NCBI RefSeq assembly: GCF_006345805.1
Contig: NC_043003.1
Coordinates: 33,790,001-33,854,000 of the forward strand
Length of the DNA: 64,000 nucleotides
From: Octopus sinensis
Lineage: Eukaryota
Direction of reading: 5' to 3'
Of this stretch, positions 50,091 through 63,500 are shown piece by piece (within the stretch, counting starts at the first letter, position 1; each line of letters starts with the position of its first letter). The translations under genes and the position numbers were made by a program. The notes beneath the pieces were generated by a model, which saw only the letters and a program-made list of their open reading frames with translations, was not told the origin of the DNA and ran no database searches.

Positions 50091-50849
50091 CCCGAATAGA
50101 CAAATGTTAAATTACAAAAAGAGAAAAAAACCCACAAATTACCTCTAGCCCAATTAATCTAACGATTAAACTGCTAGAAAAGGTAGTGAAGTCTCCTAGC
50201 AAAGAACACCTTAACATCATAAAATGAAGAAGGACATACTACATTATGGAAGTCTTAGGTAAGCCTAAAACTGTGGGGCATCCAGCATTAGATTATTCCT
50301 TTCGATCATAGGTCTGCTCGATCAGCCGCATCCTCCTCAGTTTTCAATTTCTCCATCATATACAAAAGGTTGCACGAGTTGAGCAGACGGCTGAGCAAAC
50401 TACGCAACAGCTTGACTTGTTAATATGGAAATATGTAGCAATATGTTTGTGGCTTTCGTTTGGTTATAATTACCCCAAATTTGCAAACTTCAAAAGCTAT
50501 TAAGACAAAAGTGAATTCCCTTTCCATATTTAACATACAAATCTACATAAATACACCAAGTTTGAAAGCATTTGGGTGAAAAGTGTAAGAATTGAAAAAT
50601 GAAAGCGAAAGAGAAAGAGTCCGGGGCTATCTTTGGAAAGATATATGTATGTATATACTGATATACGTGCGTTAGTGCGAAATAAAAGATTACGTATGTA
50701 TGAGGATTCTTGATTTAATCTCACGCTATAAAGTGAGTGGAATCGATAGCAATTTGTATGCACGCATCTGTGAATGTGTGTATCTGAGTGCACAAATGTG
50801 TACATCTATCGTAGTGTGTATGTGTGTATACTTCTATTTATACACTATT

Positions 50850-51179
50850 TAGCGGTTCTCAACTGTGGTCCATACGATATTTGGGAGAGTCCATGTAGCA
50901 ATACTGTATATTGAGTCCACAGTAATATTTTCAGGGTAAATGAAAACAATTTTCCCTTAGCTGTGTGTATTTGTACGTAGTTGCAAGAGACAACTAGATT
51001 TCTTTCTCTAACATTTTACAAAGTTCAACTTACACAAAATGAATGTGTGATAAACAAAATAGAAATTGGGAAAAAAGTTTCTATAAACTAATTTTTAAAC
51101 ATCGAATGGCTATGGGGGTCCACCAGAATAAAATAGTAATCAAAGGGATCTGTAGACAAAAAATGATTGTGAATCCCTG
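50850..51179. mobile_element. hAT-like MITE, degenerate
   Basis: Ends (C>T)AGCGGTTCTCAAC and GATTGTGAATCCCTG resemble CAGxGGTTCTCAAC TIRs. No TSD preserved. Confidence 0.55.
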
Positions 51180-51207
51180 ATAGAAATCAACCTGCATATA
51201 TTTATAT

Positions 51208-51560
51208 AATTTTGCGTCCCCAAAGTCCATTCCCTCCTCACTCTGGTGGGGACGCTGGCAACGGATAGTGTCAGAGCTATGCCGTCGGGAACTTCGGTTC
51301 CTGGTAGGGCCACCCAAGGTGGATTGGTTTGACACCGAGTAGTATTAGGGCCACAACCCGGCTCTGGTGAAAAACCTTGGAGTAACTGCTTCGGCAACTG
51401 GCGGCTAATCGGACAATCTGCGGCAAACAGGATGTCGTCACATGCGGGATTGTTGGGGACCGCTTGTGAAATCCACATATTCCCACGAAACTTCTATGAG
51501 CAGAAGAAGCCGATTCAACCTGCCCATGGTGAATGTTGTCACAAGTACAAGTAAGTAAGT
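51208..51560 (+). mobile_element. Short RTE-derived non-autonomous element (5'UTR plus 3' end)
   Basis: GAGCTATGCCG..AGGGCCACCCAAGG resembles the RTE/BovB 5'UTR motif. Ends in a (CAAG/TAAG)n tandem tail typical of RTE. No ORF. Confidence 0.6.
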
Positions 51561-52517
51561 ATTTATAAGGGTGCGGGGGTGTTAATTCTTTTTGGATTGA
51601 TAGCATCTTTATAACTGGTAAATTAACTGTGATGAGACAAAGAGCAGCTAAAATGAAGTTTATGAACAGACGAATGTACCAGCAGACAAGTTGGTATCTC
51701 GCTATGGCAACAAGTTGAATATGCACAAATGACTTATTTTGAAGTAGAACGTTTACTGAACCTGGAGATAAGGAATTCTTCTAGTTCATATATTTGCAGC
51801 ATTATTATTACCTTAGTGTGTTTAACTATTACATAAAAAGTGAAACACGTCAATGCTAAAGTACAGACTGAGAAAGTGGTTTTATTAATTTATATTTTAC
51901 ATTTTTTTATTTCCATTGATTGCTTTTCATGACATGAAGGGACTCGGTATTTCGTTATGCAGCCATGATTTACTAAAAAGTGTAATCAGTAATATTTACG
52001 TGCCAGCTGCCAGCAGCGTGATAATGTGTAAAATTGGTATATCCAATTATGTTATACCGCTGTATTTAGTGGATGTTTAGGCAATGGGATCATGTCTGAT
52101 TAAGGGGTTAAATGGGTGCTGATGAAAGAGTAAAATTTCGCGAAATATGGCATAGACGTTCATTACCCGCTTCTCAATTTCGATCTCATTTTCTGTTTAT
52201 ATTTGACGTCACAGATACGAAACGTTGTAGCAATGGTCGGTGCTGGCTATAACTTCTATCGAATATCTATATAGATAATCTTAAGAAGAGATTTGTTTAT
52301 CTTATATTTTATATATTTTTTATTTGCATCATTTTGTCTTGACATTTTTGCCACCTGTATATCTCAATCTGCGTATTGTTCTTTGTCAAGGGAATCTTAA
52401 ATTTAAAATATAGGTATAAAATAATGGGACACAGTGATCTCAAAGCCGCTCGCCTGGTGAGTGTAAGTATATAGCTATTGCTGGATCATCTCGTAACATA
52501 ATAATGAGCGTAGTATA

Positions 52518-52566
<49 letters not shown>

Positions 52567-52585
52567 ATATAATATATATATATAT

Positions 52586-52647
<62 letters not shown>

Positions 52648-52651
<4 letters not shown>

Positions 52652-52856
52652 CACGTGATCATGTGACCGACCAGACCAACAGAAGAAAGAGTGAGAGAAA
52701 GAGTGGTGAAAGAGTACAGCAGGGATCACCACCCTCTGCCGGAGCCTCGTGGAGCTTTTAGGTGTTTTCGCTCAATAAACACTCACAACGCCCGGTCTAG
52801 GAATCGAAACCGCGATCCTACGACCGCGAGTCCACTGCCCTAACCAATTGCACCTC

Positions 52857-52858
<2 letters not shown>
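52648..52858 (-). mobile_element. tRNA-derived SINE family C, truncated
   Basis: TGGTTAGGGCAGTGGACTCGCGGTCGTAGGATCGCGGTTTCGATTCC (tRNA-like head), then GAGCGAAAACACCTAAAAGCTCCAC shared with the copy at 58294. Confidence 0.85.
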
Positions 52859-52891
<33 letters not shown>

Positions 52892-53627
52892 TCACCAATA
52901 ATATTTTATATATATATTATATATATATATATACACATATATATTTGTCCAGAATCACGCCGGACGCGGAGGAAGACAGAAAATAGTAATTCAGTGAAGG
53001 AGAAGTAGTGAGAGTAATAGTCCTGTCTGAGAGGGATTGAGGGAAAGTGATAGCAATGAGGGGTGATATGTGAATAAGGAAGGAAGGGTGAAAAGAATCA
53101 GTGTTTCAACTGTGTGAGTATATGTTTGTATGTATGTGAGTGTACAAGGGAAGTATGTGAATGTTTGTATGTGTCATTATGATGCACCTTATTTTCTTAC
53201 CTTAATTATATATAAAATCCTACAATTAGCCGTCATTATTGACGACCCGTCGTCACCTTGTATTTACATAATCCATTTAATGTATGTATATGTTAAGAAG
53301 TAATGTTTATCGCCATATCATTATGGCTCTTCCATAGGAATCGACAATAAAATACTGTTTTAACCCCCAGGAAGAGCCTCTTCTACCTAGGATTCCTATA
53401 GAACAGCTATATTGATATGACGATAAACATTACTTCTTAGTATAGTTACTACGTTCATCTCTTACAGATTTTCTCTGACTGGCTACTTTGCTTGTTATAA
53501 AATACTAAACACTCAGCAATTAACAGCAGGTGCTAATGCACAGAAGCAGTTTTTATTTGAATTAAAGGCTGTTCATTCTATATTGTATTTACAATCACAC
53601 TTATACACACACACACACACACACACG

Positions 53628-53669
<42 letters not shown>

Positions 53670-54031
53670 ACACGCGCGCGCGCGCGCGCGCACACACACA
53701 CACCTGCACACACACGAAATGTACATGATACGGATACAGAAAATCATTCGGCTAAGTTCTTCCTTCGGACTCGGCTATCAATTTGCATGGTATGAATTAT
53801 CAATGTCAATATGTTTTTGGTAGTGTGAGTGTGAAAGTCTTGGTTGTTCAGCTTCCTTCTGTAGATGTCTTTATTGACTGCCTCGTCTTGAAGCAGTCAT
53901 TCCTGAATTGTAGAGAAATTTAAATCATCAACTTTCTTGTCCCACGACACCCACCTGTCTAATTATTTTGGTAAATAAAATATGTATTTCTTATATTTTA
54001 TGTTATAAATGCTTAATTTATATGTTATTCA

Positions 54032-54434
54032 TACTCTTTTACTCTTTTACTTGTTTCAGTCATTTGACTGCGGCCATGCTGGAGCACCGCCTTTAGTCGA
54101 GCAAATCGACCCCGGGACTTATTCTTTGTAAGCCCAGTACTTATTCTATCGGTCTCTTTTTTGCCGAACCGCTAAGTGACGGGGACGTAAACACACCAGC
54201 ATCGGTTGTCAAGCAATGCTAGAGGGACAAACACAAACACACAAACATATACATACACATACATACATATATATACATATATACGACAGGCTTCTTTCAG
54301 TTTCCGTCTACCAAATCCACGTACAAAGCATTGGTCGGCCCGAGGCTATAGCAGAAGATACTTGCCCAAGATGCCACGCAGTGGGACTGAACCCAGAACC
54401 ATGTGGTTGGTAGGCAAGCTACTTACCACACAGC
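54032..54434 (-). mobile_element. SINE family A, best-preserved copy
   Basis: Head, CCTTGGGCAAGTATCTTC core, internal TA/TG repeat, 3' half and a (GTAAAAGA)n tail. Confidence 0.92.
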
Positions 54435-54532
54435 ATCTTTTTTTACCTCTACGTTTCTTCTTCTTGATTTGCCTAGACTAAAGATGTTGAATCCCTCAAT
54501 TTCTCTCAAGTAGTTTATCTTAAATTATATGA

Positions 54533-54764
54533 GGCGGCGAGCTGGCAGAAACATTAGCACGCCCGGCTAAATGCGTAGCCGTATTTCGCCTGCCACTACG
54601 TTCTGAGTTCAAATTCCGCCGCGGTTGACTTTGCCTTTCATCTTTTCGGGGTCGATAAATTAAGTACCAGTTATCCACTGGGGTCGATATAATCGACTTA
54701 ATCCGCTTTTCTGTCCTTGTTAGTCCTCTCTGTGTTTAGCTCCTTGTGGGTAGTAAAGAAATAG
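54533..54764 (+). mobile_element. tRNA-derived SINE family B, full length
   Basis: GGCGGCGAGCTGGCAGAA (A-box-like), GAGTTCAAATTCC (B box), central GCCTTTCATCTTTTCGGGGTCGATAAATTAAGTACCAG. Candidate TSD ATATGAGG at 54527-34 and 54765-72. Confidence 0.92.
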
Positions 54765-55049
54765 ATATGAGGGTTTTCACACGCAAAGATAAAGTCTTAG
54801 AACCATAGTGTGTCTTTGATCTAATGGTTGCCTTTAGCTGACCCAACCAATGTAATTTTGTTCAGTTCCTGCTTCCCATATATTGTAGACTAGACTAAAA
54901 GACGCCCTGTCGGGCAGCTTTTAAGCTGGCTCCTGCGGTGGGCTCTTCGTTGGGATTTGGGTCCAACAATGAACCTTCATGCATTGCGTACATATTAAAT
55001 TTTACTCAAAAATATTTTACAAAGAATTAACAGTTTTTATCAAAACAAT

Positions 55050-55680
55050 GATATAATTTGTCTATTTGGAACTTATTGCAAAGCTGCATGATAAACAACA
55101 TATCTTGTCTTCACATTCGGATTCAGTACAAATAGCTTGTTTCCATTCCCAACACTTGGACAACCAGCATAGAGCTGCTGTGAGAAAAGATGAAGCCTAG
55201 TTACTTTCAATTATTTTACCTGGGATCTATTGATTGACAGTGCATAACTCAATCACACTGGAAACTGAAGACTTTTGAACTATCTCCACAACGACTCGTT
55301 GCCCATTAGCATGAATGCCGCCGATTTGCATTGACTTTTTCGAGCCAAGCATTACATGTTGCTCGAGAGAAATTACTCCAGTCTACGATTGTAATTCTAC
55401 TTTGTAGAGCAGATTCATGCATCATATCCTATTTCAACATGTCGCTTGACCAATAATAAATGATTAAAAGGATGTTATACAGGGACACATGGCTTTTATC
55501 ACAGTATGACCCGTGACGGATTGATTTTTGCGTTTTACAAAGCTTACAGTACCAAACTTTTCCGTTAATAATATCACCATGTGTGATAAGGTCACATGGT
55601 GAATTGCAATATTCACAGGTGTACCTATTCATAATTAAACGGTGCCATGCCAACCATTGAAGATTGTTGCTGCATGATTC
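55050..55680 (-). mobile_element. Merlin/IS1016-like DDE transposase relic
   Basis: CEYC..DIINGKVWYCKLCKTQKSIRHGS..SHVSLYNILLIIYYWS (Zn-ribbon with the KSIRxGS motif), QIGGIHANGQRVVVEI (like IGG..VEIDES), IPGKIIESN*A (like ILPGTxIxSDxW). Confidence 0.8.
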
Positions 55681-56996
55681 TGAAAATTTGGTGATATTCG
55701 ACTATTCTTATTACATTGTTTCACAATTGAGGATTTCCACTCGAGTACAAAAAACTGCTGTGCCGCTGGTCTGCTCGATCGATTTCCAATTCCAAACCAA
55801 ACTCATTTTGGTGTTGTGTAAATTCATTTTGGTAAAGTAAGTTAACTTGACTTATTTCCCTTTGCTTTTTTAATTAATTATCTCCCCTTAATTTTTATTT
55901 GCTTTTTGTACAATCGTAATAAAAAAATTGGGAATCCAAAATTTCAAGATTGCGTGTCCAGATTCGGCCCGTAATATTTTTAATTTACTCATGGAGTCGA
56001 CCTGATTCCAAAATGGTATAATGTGTTGGACTACGGCCTGTAGGAGTAAAGTTGAAAAAGTGTGACACACTGATACACTGATATTCGCATTTATTATATT
56101 AGATATAAAGTGCAAATTTCGTGTGAATTTTAGAGAGATGGATTGTTGATGTAACCATGGTGTTCTGGTGACATGATGACTTCAATTTCTTTATTTGCAT
56201 TAACTTATGTATATAGAATTGTATTGAATAAATGCTAAGAACACATATTAATATATACATGTGTGCATACTTTCTTCCATGCTGACATTAATACTACATG
56301 GAAAACGTCACGAAACGGCCGTTATCCAATGAAAGTCACGTAGATAAACAGACGTTATGTTTTTATACATACATAATACATGCGCGCGCGCGCACACACA
56401 CACACACATACACACACTCACACACATACACACACGCACACACACACACGCATGAATCTGGTGACGCATCCTTTATGTCAGGTGAATACTGTTGATTGTT
56501 TTCCAGTCTTTCGTTTTCCTTTAATTGTACTCTAAGTTTACCGCATGATGAAAAAAAAAAACGAGCTATGTAGAGCATGTATTTCTGTTTTTTTCTTTTT
56601 GTGGTAACTAGTTTTTGTTCAGAAGTAAGTTGAACCCTTTGGATTGGTTCCGATTATTGGTTTGAAAATATCTTCAGTTGGAAAAATATGTTTAGGATTA
56701 GTTGTCCTAAATTACTTAAGTGCCAAAATTCATATTTAGATATGTGTTGTTAGGTTGGCTTGGGATTTTAAGGAGGTGTTTTATTTTAGATATAGTTGTT
56801 GATATGTCTATTGTTCTGTCGGTTCTGTATCTATTATAAACTTAAATTGTAGAATGTTGACTTGAGAAGAAAAGAACGTAGTGTTTCCTTGGTCGGTAAT
56901 GAGATTTGTGGTACTGCTAGAATTGTGTGTTTGTTCTCTTCCAATTAGAAATTTTGAAGTGTGCCTTATGGATAAGTCTGAATGATATCTAATTTT

Positions 56997-57029
<33 letters not shown>

Positions 57030-57129
57030 TTTTACATACACATACACACAACACACACGCTTGTATATATACATACGCACGTATGCACACGCACGCACAC
57101 AGACATACACACACATGGATTTATGTGAG

Positions 57130-57800
57130 CTATTGGTAACATGGGACTCTGTACCACCTGTTACATGGTCGGGTTGTCGGTGACTAAATTTTAACCGCCA
57201 CTAGGTTTTGCTGGTGAGGTGGGGTGCTAGAAATCCAATGACACTAAAAACAGGATCTGTCAAAAGAACGGATAATTCAAGTGCAGTTTCAACGACTATT
57301 TAACAATAGCGCTTGTACCAGAAATCCTAGGTTGGTGCCTGGTGTGCGAGAAAACCACTAGGATTGAAACATTTCTTGGCTTCTGGTAAAGCATGTCTCC
57401 GGGGCAAGGTCAATCTGATATGCAGAGAATGGCATTGAAAGATTTAAGGATTGTTTGCTTGCGCTGCAGAAAATAGCGTTCCTAAATTCCTGACACTGCA
57501 ACCCATGTTGATACTGGATATCTCACCCTATCTTGCCTCTAGATCATGTCAGTATTGTGGAGAGGTTCTGCAAGACTTATCGGACCTAAAACTTCTGCGT
57601 GTGCAATCTCCTCACGTGGAGATGAGCACCACAGATAGCATAGAAGCTGCGGACTCTAATCCGGGCGAATTCGACCTCACGTGTGGAAAAAATTTGTTAA
57701 TAAACAATGAAGCACGAATACGTCGACCAATCCAGGTTCAGATGTAGTATAGAAAAGGGGGGACAACATTGATACACACATATGGAGTGCATCAACAATA
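57130..57800 (+). mobile_element. RTE-like LINE 5' relic (5'UTR and APE N-terminus)
   Basis: MSPGQGQSDMQRMALKDLRIVCLRCRK..AFLN.., later HVWKKFVN. Resembles RTE ORF starts; many stops. Confidence 0.5.
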
Positions 57801-58293
57801 AAATTTATGTAAATGTGCACTGAGCTTGATAAAGGAACATGAAGATGACGACCGAGGAAAGCATTGCATGAACGGTGAGGAAAATAATTGTAGAATTTTC
57901 CATAAAGTACCTCCCTATCCCCTCCCCCTTTCTCTATGTATTACTGAGTGTGGTTTACCCGGCTGGTTTAATTATATGATCATACTAGATTTATATTCAT
58001 TTCCTGCGAGGAAGTAGACTTATTTACTACTTGTATACATATATGTAGCGTGAGTTATTTTGAATATATTATAAGTATTCTACATTAAATGTGCTCAGAA
58101 ATCACATATGATTTAGATTCAAGTAAGTGGAGAACTCCCAGAAAGTTTGTGGTGCATACTTTTTATTTCTATTTCTACATTGACCACAAGTTTCATGCCT
58201 CTATATATGTGAATGCTTATAAATATTGTTTTAATATATGCATTAGTATATATACTCGTCTCTCTTTCCTCATATATATTCATACTCATATGT

Positions 58294-58580
58294 GGAGGCA
58301 CATGGCCTAGTGGTTAGAGCAGCGGAATCGCGGGTTCGAGTCTCAGACCGGACGATGTGTGTGTTTATGAGCGAAACACCTAAGATCCACACAGCTCCGG
58401 CAGAAGGTAGTGGCGAACTTCTGCTGACACTTTCGCCACAAATTTCTCTCACTCTTTCCTCCTGCATCTTGCAGCTCACCTGCGATGGACCGGCGTCCCG
58501 TCCAGGTGGGTAAAACTATACGCCAAGGAAACCGGCCCTTATGAGCCATGCATGGCTCGAGAAGGAACAAACAACAACAA
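58294..58580 (+). mobile_element. tRNA-derived SINE family C with V-SINE-like central domain
   Basis: A box TGGCCTAGTGG, B box GGTTCGAGTCT, V-domain-like CCTGCGATGGACCGGCGTCCCGTCCAGGTG, (CAA)n tail. 12-bp TSD ATACTCATATGT (58282-93) / ATATTCATATGT (58581-92). Confidence 0.9.
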
Positions 58581-58658
58581 ATATTCATATGTAAATGTAC
58601 GCACAGATATAGTTTATATATGTGTGTGCGTGTGCGTGTGTATGTGTGTGTAAGTGTC

Positions 58659-58707
<49 letters not shown>

Positions 58708-58747
58708 TACATACATACATACATATATACATACATACATACATACA

Positions 58748-58783
<36 letters not shown>

Positions 58784-59299
58784 TAATTATGTGTACACGT
58801 ATATATGATGGAGGGGTGTTTTATACATATAAAATATACGCCTCTTTCCAAATACCGCCATGTCCTACCTCTTTTACTTTAATCTTCTCGTATGCACTCC
58901 TTCTTTCAACAATGTTTTTTTTTTTTACATTCACTCTGTTTCTGCCTCACACACATTTTTGTTACCTCCCTCTGTAACTTTTACCGCAGCCTTCCTCTGC
59001 ATTTATAAATGTGCCTTTTGTAGCTCCTCCTATCGATCGAATATACACACTCACATTCCTCCACATCTATCGCGATATTTCTTCTTTTCATATTCTCTTG
59101 CTATGAAGTATTTATTTTCTACTGGAGCTAAAATTAAAACAAGCATACACTAACATACACACACCTATACATATAGAAGTCTCTCACCGCACATTTTTCG
59201 TTGTTTTTTCCCCCTCTTATTTTAGGTTTTACCTTCGATTATATATAAAATTCAGTTTTTTATAAAGATTCACAGAAAATTAAAATATTTTCAAAAAAT

Positions 59300-59406
59300 A
59301 CTGTTGTTTAATACACAAGTATACATACACACACGCGGCACAGTAACGCATACAGACCTAAATATACATATACTTAGCCATATCTATGAGTGCATAAGTG
59401 TGTGCA

Positions 59407-59439
<33 letters not shown>

Positions 59440-59870
59440 ATATAATATATATATATATATACACAAAAACACCCATATATATATAAATATATATATATAT
59501 ATATGCATACGTATATACATACATATATATATGTGTGTGTGTGTGTATATGCATATGTACATTATTCGTTTGTATGCGTATATGCGTGTATGCGTGTATG
59601 CTTGTACATCTGTATGGTTGTAGGTATTTGTGTACATGCACACACATCAAAGCACAAACACACACAGACACACCACACACACAAACACACTCACATATGT
59701 ATGCACGTATCTAGATACTTGTCTGTCAGCATGTGAACCAGAGGGAAAGTGTGAGAGGAAGCGGGGATTGAGGGAGAGAGACGGAAAGGATAAGAGAAAG
59801 TAATGATTGTGTGAATGGGAGCGAAGGAAAATATGTGTACGCCACACAAATATAGCTACACACTGTATAC

Positions 59871-59914
<44 letters not shown>

Positions 59915-60192
59915 ATATATATATTTGTATGCATATAAAAATATTAATAAGTATAGATATAAATGTACACACATATATATATACATCCATATACACATAT
60001 ATATATTTATATATATATAATATAAAAATTTCTCTCTCTCTCCTCTCTCTATCTATCTGTCTATCTATATATCCATCGATAATCATACATATATAATATA
60101 TATTATATGTTATATATTATATATATATATATATATATACGCATATATATATTAAATATATATAATATATATTATATATATATATATATAAT

Positions 60193-60226
<34 letters not shown>

Positions 60227-60870
60227 CATACATATATATACAGATAAATATATATTATATTATGTATATATGTTATATGATATATATATATATATATTAT
60301 ATAATATATATATATATATATGCGTGTGTATGTGTGTGCGCTCTGATGCATGTACACGTTTAAAATATGCGCGTGTGTATCTATAAGTATATGTGTATAT
60401 TCATATGCATGTACATACTAGATATTCTTATGTTTCTGTGTTATTGAATCTGTGTCTGTGTGTGCGTGGGTGTGTGTGTGAGTCCTTGTTTGTGTCAGAG
60501 ACAGAGTGAAACTGTGAAAGAGAAAGAAAGAAACAGAGAAAGAATGAGAGAGAGAGAGAGAGAGGTATAGAGAAAGACTGAGAGATATGATATGCTGTTG
60601 TGTATCATGGTTTCATAGGTCTATAAAGTGAGGTTCGATCGTTGATTGAAACCAGTGTCTACCTTTGATTTCACTCTACATGTCTTCAAAGTTCTTTTGA
60701 TGAAATACATGGAACTTACTTGAAACTCTGAGTAACCTGTGTCTGCAGAACTTGCGGTGTAATATATACCTGTAATATCGCATGTGAAGTATGTGTGTGA
60801 ATATGTATGTATGTATGTATATATGTATATATATATATCTGTGTGTGTTTATATACATATATATACATAT

Positions 60871-60905
<35 letters not shown>

Positions 60906-60960
60906 ATACTATATTATGCATAAGCGTCAATAAGTGTAGCTATGTATGTATATATATATA

Positions 60961-60998
<38 letters not shown>

Positions 60999-62181
60999 CA
61001 TGTATATGTAAATATGTATACATATAGATATATATATGTGTGTGTGTATATACAGACATATATTTGTGTCAGTGTGTATGTATGTATATATATCTGTATA
61101 TATATATATATATGTGTGTGTGTGTATGTGTGCGTGTGTGATGCGTGTACGTGTGTATGTATAGTTGAGTATGTGTGTACAAATAAACATATAGGTATTA
61201 AAATAAACGAATATATTCTATTATACATGTGTTTATGTATGATTAAATATTTTGGTTTCTGTTTGTGAGATTGTGTGTATGAATATATGAATAAATATGT
61301 GTGAATGTATCAAGGTTTTCATATATGTATGTATGTATGTATTTATGTATGTATGTATGTATGTATGTATATATGTATGTGTGTATGCATGTTTCTATCT
61401 AACTAACTGTTTATCTATCAATATATCTATCTACCTATCTTTCTATTTATATATGTACGTATAGATGTATGTATTTATGTATCTATGTTTATAAGTGTGC
61501 TTCTATGTACATATAAGTATAGATTTAATTATGTATGAATAAATGTACATATATATATGCATGTATTCCTCTTATTCATGTATGTATGCAAACACAGACA
61601 AAAAGATTCTTTTATACATTTTTTCCCAGCCGTTACTATATTCCACATTCTTTTTTCATTTTAGTTATTATTTTAAAATTTATTAATTTTCTAATTATTA
61701 TTTCCCCCTTTTTTTTACTTCTCTAATTTTATAGCGGGGTGTGCTTTGTGTGCAATGTGATGTGTTCAAATTTCTTACAACAGTCAAAATGATTCATAGA
61801 AATGTGTGTGAAGATGGAGTGGGTTTGAGTTGTCCTCGAGGTGGTGGGGTACGTTTTCACTTCATCAATCACTATTGTTTTCGTTGCAGAATAAATATAA
61901 TAATAATATAGTATGATATGTATGTATATGGACGTATATATATATGTGTTTTTATGTATGTAAGAAAAGAATGTGTTTAGTTATGTATGTGTGAGTGTGT
62001 GAACAGATATGCGTTTCTGTGTGTATATATATAATACATATATATATATGAAGATTTCTCTTGAATGAACATTCTAGTCCTGTAGAAGCTCCTTCTATAT
62101 AATAAATATATATATATATATATTATATATATATATAATATATATATATATATATAAATATATATATATAAATATATATAT

Positions 62182-62212
<31 letters not shown>

Positions 62213-62936
62213 GTGTGTGTATAATATATATGTATATATATATATATGAGCGTGTGTGCGTGTGTTTTGTAAATACATAAATTCACACACCCATATGGCG
62301 AGCGTGTGTATATGAGAGTATATACATATATGCATATATATATTTATATGAGTGTGTATAAATATATACATATATAAATATGAATATATATATATATATA
62401 TATATATATCCATATATATACATATATATACTTAAATGCATACTGTAATATGTTGTATGTATATATATATATATGTATATATCTATATATATATATATAT
62501 ATAAATATATATATATGTACATAATATTTTGTATATGGTGAGTGCACGCCTGCATACATATATATGCATATATATATTATATACATATATACATGCATGG
62601 TTATCTGCATGTATGTATATGTGTATGCATGTATGTATATATGTATGTATATGAATTTATGGGGAGGAAAAAAGCTGAACACAAATCTCGAAGGACATCA
62701 GTTGAGACAGTGAATAACATTGATAGAGAATGTGAAATCAAGGAGATGTACAGCGGAGAAAATTACTAAAAAAATTGTAAGAAATAAATATTAATATAAA
62801 TTTATACATGATAAATATATAAATAAAATAAACGCATAAACGGATTGAAATAGGAAAGGAGTGATGCATGGCATATATGGGGACAGATTCAGTCTGTGTT
62901 GTGTGTAGTTGTGTGTGTGTGTGTGTGTGTGTGTGT

Positions 62937-62974
<38 letters not shown>

Positions 62975-63500
62975 GTGTGTATGTGCTATTGTGTACTTGC
63001 TGCTTGCATGTAACGTCTGTGTTTGTGCAATGTGTATATGAAATTCTTGTATTTTAGGAGTGTAAGTAGGATTGTGTAGAAGAATCGAACGTACATATCT
63101 AATGAGTTAAATGGGGAGGCATGTGCATGTATGTGAGAATGTGAGCAGGGGTGATGTGTTGGTAGATGTGTGTGGATGATATTAGAAATGTAAAGCGGTA
63201 GTGTAAAATATGAGTGAAAATGCTCGGGCTGTGTGCGCACGATTATCAGTGGAATTGAAGCATGTGTATGCGTGTGCATGTGTATGAAAACACACACATA
63301 CTCACATACACACACATGCATATGTGCCTATTCGTACATACGACTATATATGAATAAATATGTATATACATGTATGTTTCTGACCATGTATACACACATA
63401 TATGCATATATATCTATATCTACACACACACATATATATATATATGTATATGTATATATATATATAATATAAATATATATATATACAAGAATGTATGTAT
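59300..63500. repeat. Extended low-complexity field dominated by (TA)n, (TG)n, (TATG)n and (AG)n
   Basis: Directly visible. It generates dozens of spurious Tyr/Ile/Val/Cys ORFs. Confidence 0.9.

Noticed and set aside
52110-52185. CTGATGA..GAAA hammerhead-like string
   Set aside because: Stem II and stem III do not form properly, and the cleavage triplet lacks the required U.
58294-58350. tRNA-like sequences here and at 52800-52850
   Set aside because: They are SINE heads with deleted or altered arms, followed by SINE bodies. They are not tRNA genes.
60721-60770. 50-nt minus-strand micro-exon with a GTAAGT donor
   Set aside because: An isolated splice pair in a low-complexity field, which is expected by chance at this scale.
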